Below are positions 26,152 through 27,376 of a stretch of 27,376 nt of DNA, piece by piece. The stretch spans positions 1 to 27,376 of the forward strand of contig CAXTTL010000035.1 of the NCBI GenBank assembly GCA_964247135.1, written 5' to 3'. A program made the translations under genes and the position numbers. The notes below the pieces were generated by a model that worked only from the letters and a program-made list of their open reading frames with translations, was not told the DNA's origin and ran no database searches. Numbering within the stretch: position 1 is the stretch's first letter; each line of letters opens with the position of its first letter. The stretch is from an uncultured Deinococcales bacterium. Its GTDB lineage: Bacteria; Deinococcota; Deinococci; Deinococcales; JAAFIG01.

Positions 26152-26708
26152 GGTAAGTCCTTGCCTTTGTTGATGGCTCGTCGCAATCGACGTTTGGTGT
26201 TTTCCTCGATGTTTGACTTGTGAAGATACGAGATCAAACCTTCTTCGTCGTTGCCTTCAAACATCATGCCTACGCCAAGACCGAGGTCTTTGAGTGCGTT
26301 TTCAACGACGATTCGCGCAAACGGTCCGATGTCTCGGGTAACAATTTGAATCAATTCGTCCAGCAGGCGTTGGGAGAGCGTGGTCCCGACTTCTGGCTGT
26401 TGGCTGTGGCTGAGGTGGGCATTTTTGGTCAGCGCCAGCAGGTGCTCGTGCCAATTTGCACCAGGATTGGTCAGTGCGATGACCGATGTCGTCTCATATC
26501 TGGCGAACCAAGCGGCAATTCTTTGATACTCGATGCAGGCATAGTTCGTTTCAAAGCTTTCAAAGATTGGACATAGCTGTTCCACGAGGTATTTTAAAGG
26601 GGTTAGTTTTGCTTGACCCTTGATGACCAATCCGTTGATCACCCAGAGTCCCAGCAGGTCTGGTTCGTGAAAGGCAAGTTCAAGGATTGGATCAATGATT
26701 TGTTTCAT
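26148..26708 (-). CDS. Hypothetical protein, possible degenerate roadblock/LC7 domain plus helical C-terminal domain
   Basis: C-terminal LIQIVTRDIGPFARIVVENALKDLG motif of the type seen in roadblock/DUF4388 clusters; ATGA coupling. Confidence 0.55.
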   Translation of the reverse strand: MKQIIDPILELAFHEPDLLGLWVINGLVIKGQAKLTPLKYLVEQLCPIFESFETNYACIEYQRIAAWFARYETTSVIALTNPGANWHEHLLALTKNAHLSHSQQPEVGTTLSQRLLDELIQIVTRDIGPFARIVVENALKDLGLGVGMMFEGNDEEGLISYLHKSNIEENTKRRLRRAINKGKDLP

Positions 26709-26955
26709 CGTTATTTAAGCTCTCTAGCCACCGATGGATTTGAGGTTTGTAAATTAGCGCAACGATTTGAAACACGATAAAAAGACCGAGGGCAAGGTTT
26801 TCAACTTGGTGCGTTTTGGGCGGTAACTTCAGGACGCAGTACAACAAAACGGGTGTGATTACAAAACAGATGCCTCCAAACACGCTAGAAAGCTTTGAAA
26901 TACCGTGGCGATATGCTTGGAGCAATCTGGTTATTGTGTTTCGGTCTTGACCCAT
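26692..26955 (-). CDS. Small 2-TM membrane protein
   Basis: Two hydrophobic segments; tightly packed between neighbours. Confidence 0.6.
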   Translation of the reverse strand: MGQDRNTITRLLQAYRHGISKLSSVFGGICFVITPVLLYCVLKLPPKTHQVENLALGLFIVFQIVALIYKPQIHRWLESLNNDETNH

Positions 26956-26956
26956 A

Positions 26957-27277
26957 TCAGCCTTTCTTTAAGCCCAACAAAAAACCTGGGGTAAATGATG
27001 CCGCGAACGGCAAGTTGTTGCTGATTACAGACCAGATCAAATTCATTGCCCGAGCTGTGTTCGTCTTGTTGAAGCCGGGTTCGATAAAGTGTTCGATTCT
27101 GAGCCAGTTGATTTCGAGGATTTTGAGGTATGCCAGGACTTGTAGTGCGATGAACAGCAAGCCAAAAATCACCATGGCGGTTCGTCCAATTTTTTTGCTG
27201 GCCAAACCCGTACCGAGTCCGGCGACGAAGCCAAAGCTAAGCTGACCAAAATAGGGCGCGATTGCCTCGAGTTTCAT
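26957..27277 (-). CDS. FUN14-family membrane protein
   Basis: GQLSFGFVAGLGTGLASKK...GLLFIALQVLAY..ILEINW...FAASFTPGFLLGLK. Confidence 0.85.
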   Translation of the reverse strand: MKLEAIAPYFGQLSFGFVAGLGTGLASKKIGRTAMVIFGLLFIALQVLAYLKILEINWLRIEHFIEPGFNKTNTARAMNLIWSVISNNLPFAASFTPGFLLGLKKG

Positions 27278-27376
27278 GCTCGACCTGCGTGAGTTTGTAA
27301 AACGTTTGTGAACATAATTGACCTTACAGCGCCTTGCATATTGGTTGACGTAAGCGCAAACTAAACCATGAAACCC

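Noticed and set aside
27301-27317. RDRM-like sequence TTATGTTCACAAACGTT (minus strand)
   Set aside because: Only one half-site matches; the other is out of register.
1-27376. Assignment as prophage or conjugative element
   Set aside because: No terminase, capsid, tail, relaxase, T4SS or Rep gene recognised, so the element type remains undetermined.

Overview
Accessory DNA, most likely from a large plasmid or integrated element of a Deinococcota bacterium. Support for the host assignment: at least 8 leaderless TANNNT-N6-start promoters, a Deinococcus-type tyrosine recombinase, IS6 and TPR-BTAD regulator, and strong CTCGAG enrichment. No rRNA, tRNA, CRISPR array, replication initiator, conjugation or virion genes were recognised. 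Layout: (1) 133-9329, a minus-strand run of small hypothetical and membrane genes with a tyrosine recombinase, a PadR regulator and members of three paralog pairs. Part of it looks like a duplicated promoter-padR-membrane gene cassette. (2) 9330-9700, a divergent control region with a 25-bp tandem repeat, a perfect 13-6-13 dif/lox-like palindrome and an operator-containing promoter, followed by a ParB lacking its CTPase domain. (3) 10877-13207, a decayed IS6 and a CoiA-like nuclease gene pair. (4) 13779-16982, secreted and surface protein genes. (5) 17021-19179, a TPR-wHTH-BTAD regulator divergent from a 39-aa secreted Gly-rich propeptide. This is the best candidate for an undescribed peptide-signalling system. 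(6) 19383-27277, minus-strand genes: TPR protein, Zn-ribbon, second PadR, coiled-coil/DUF2325-like protein, four-HTH repeat protein, a DUF4388/roadblock/HAMP module and FUN14. Domain calls come from motifs recognised by eye, not from database searches.
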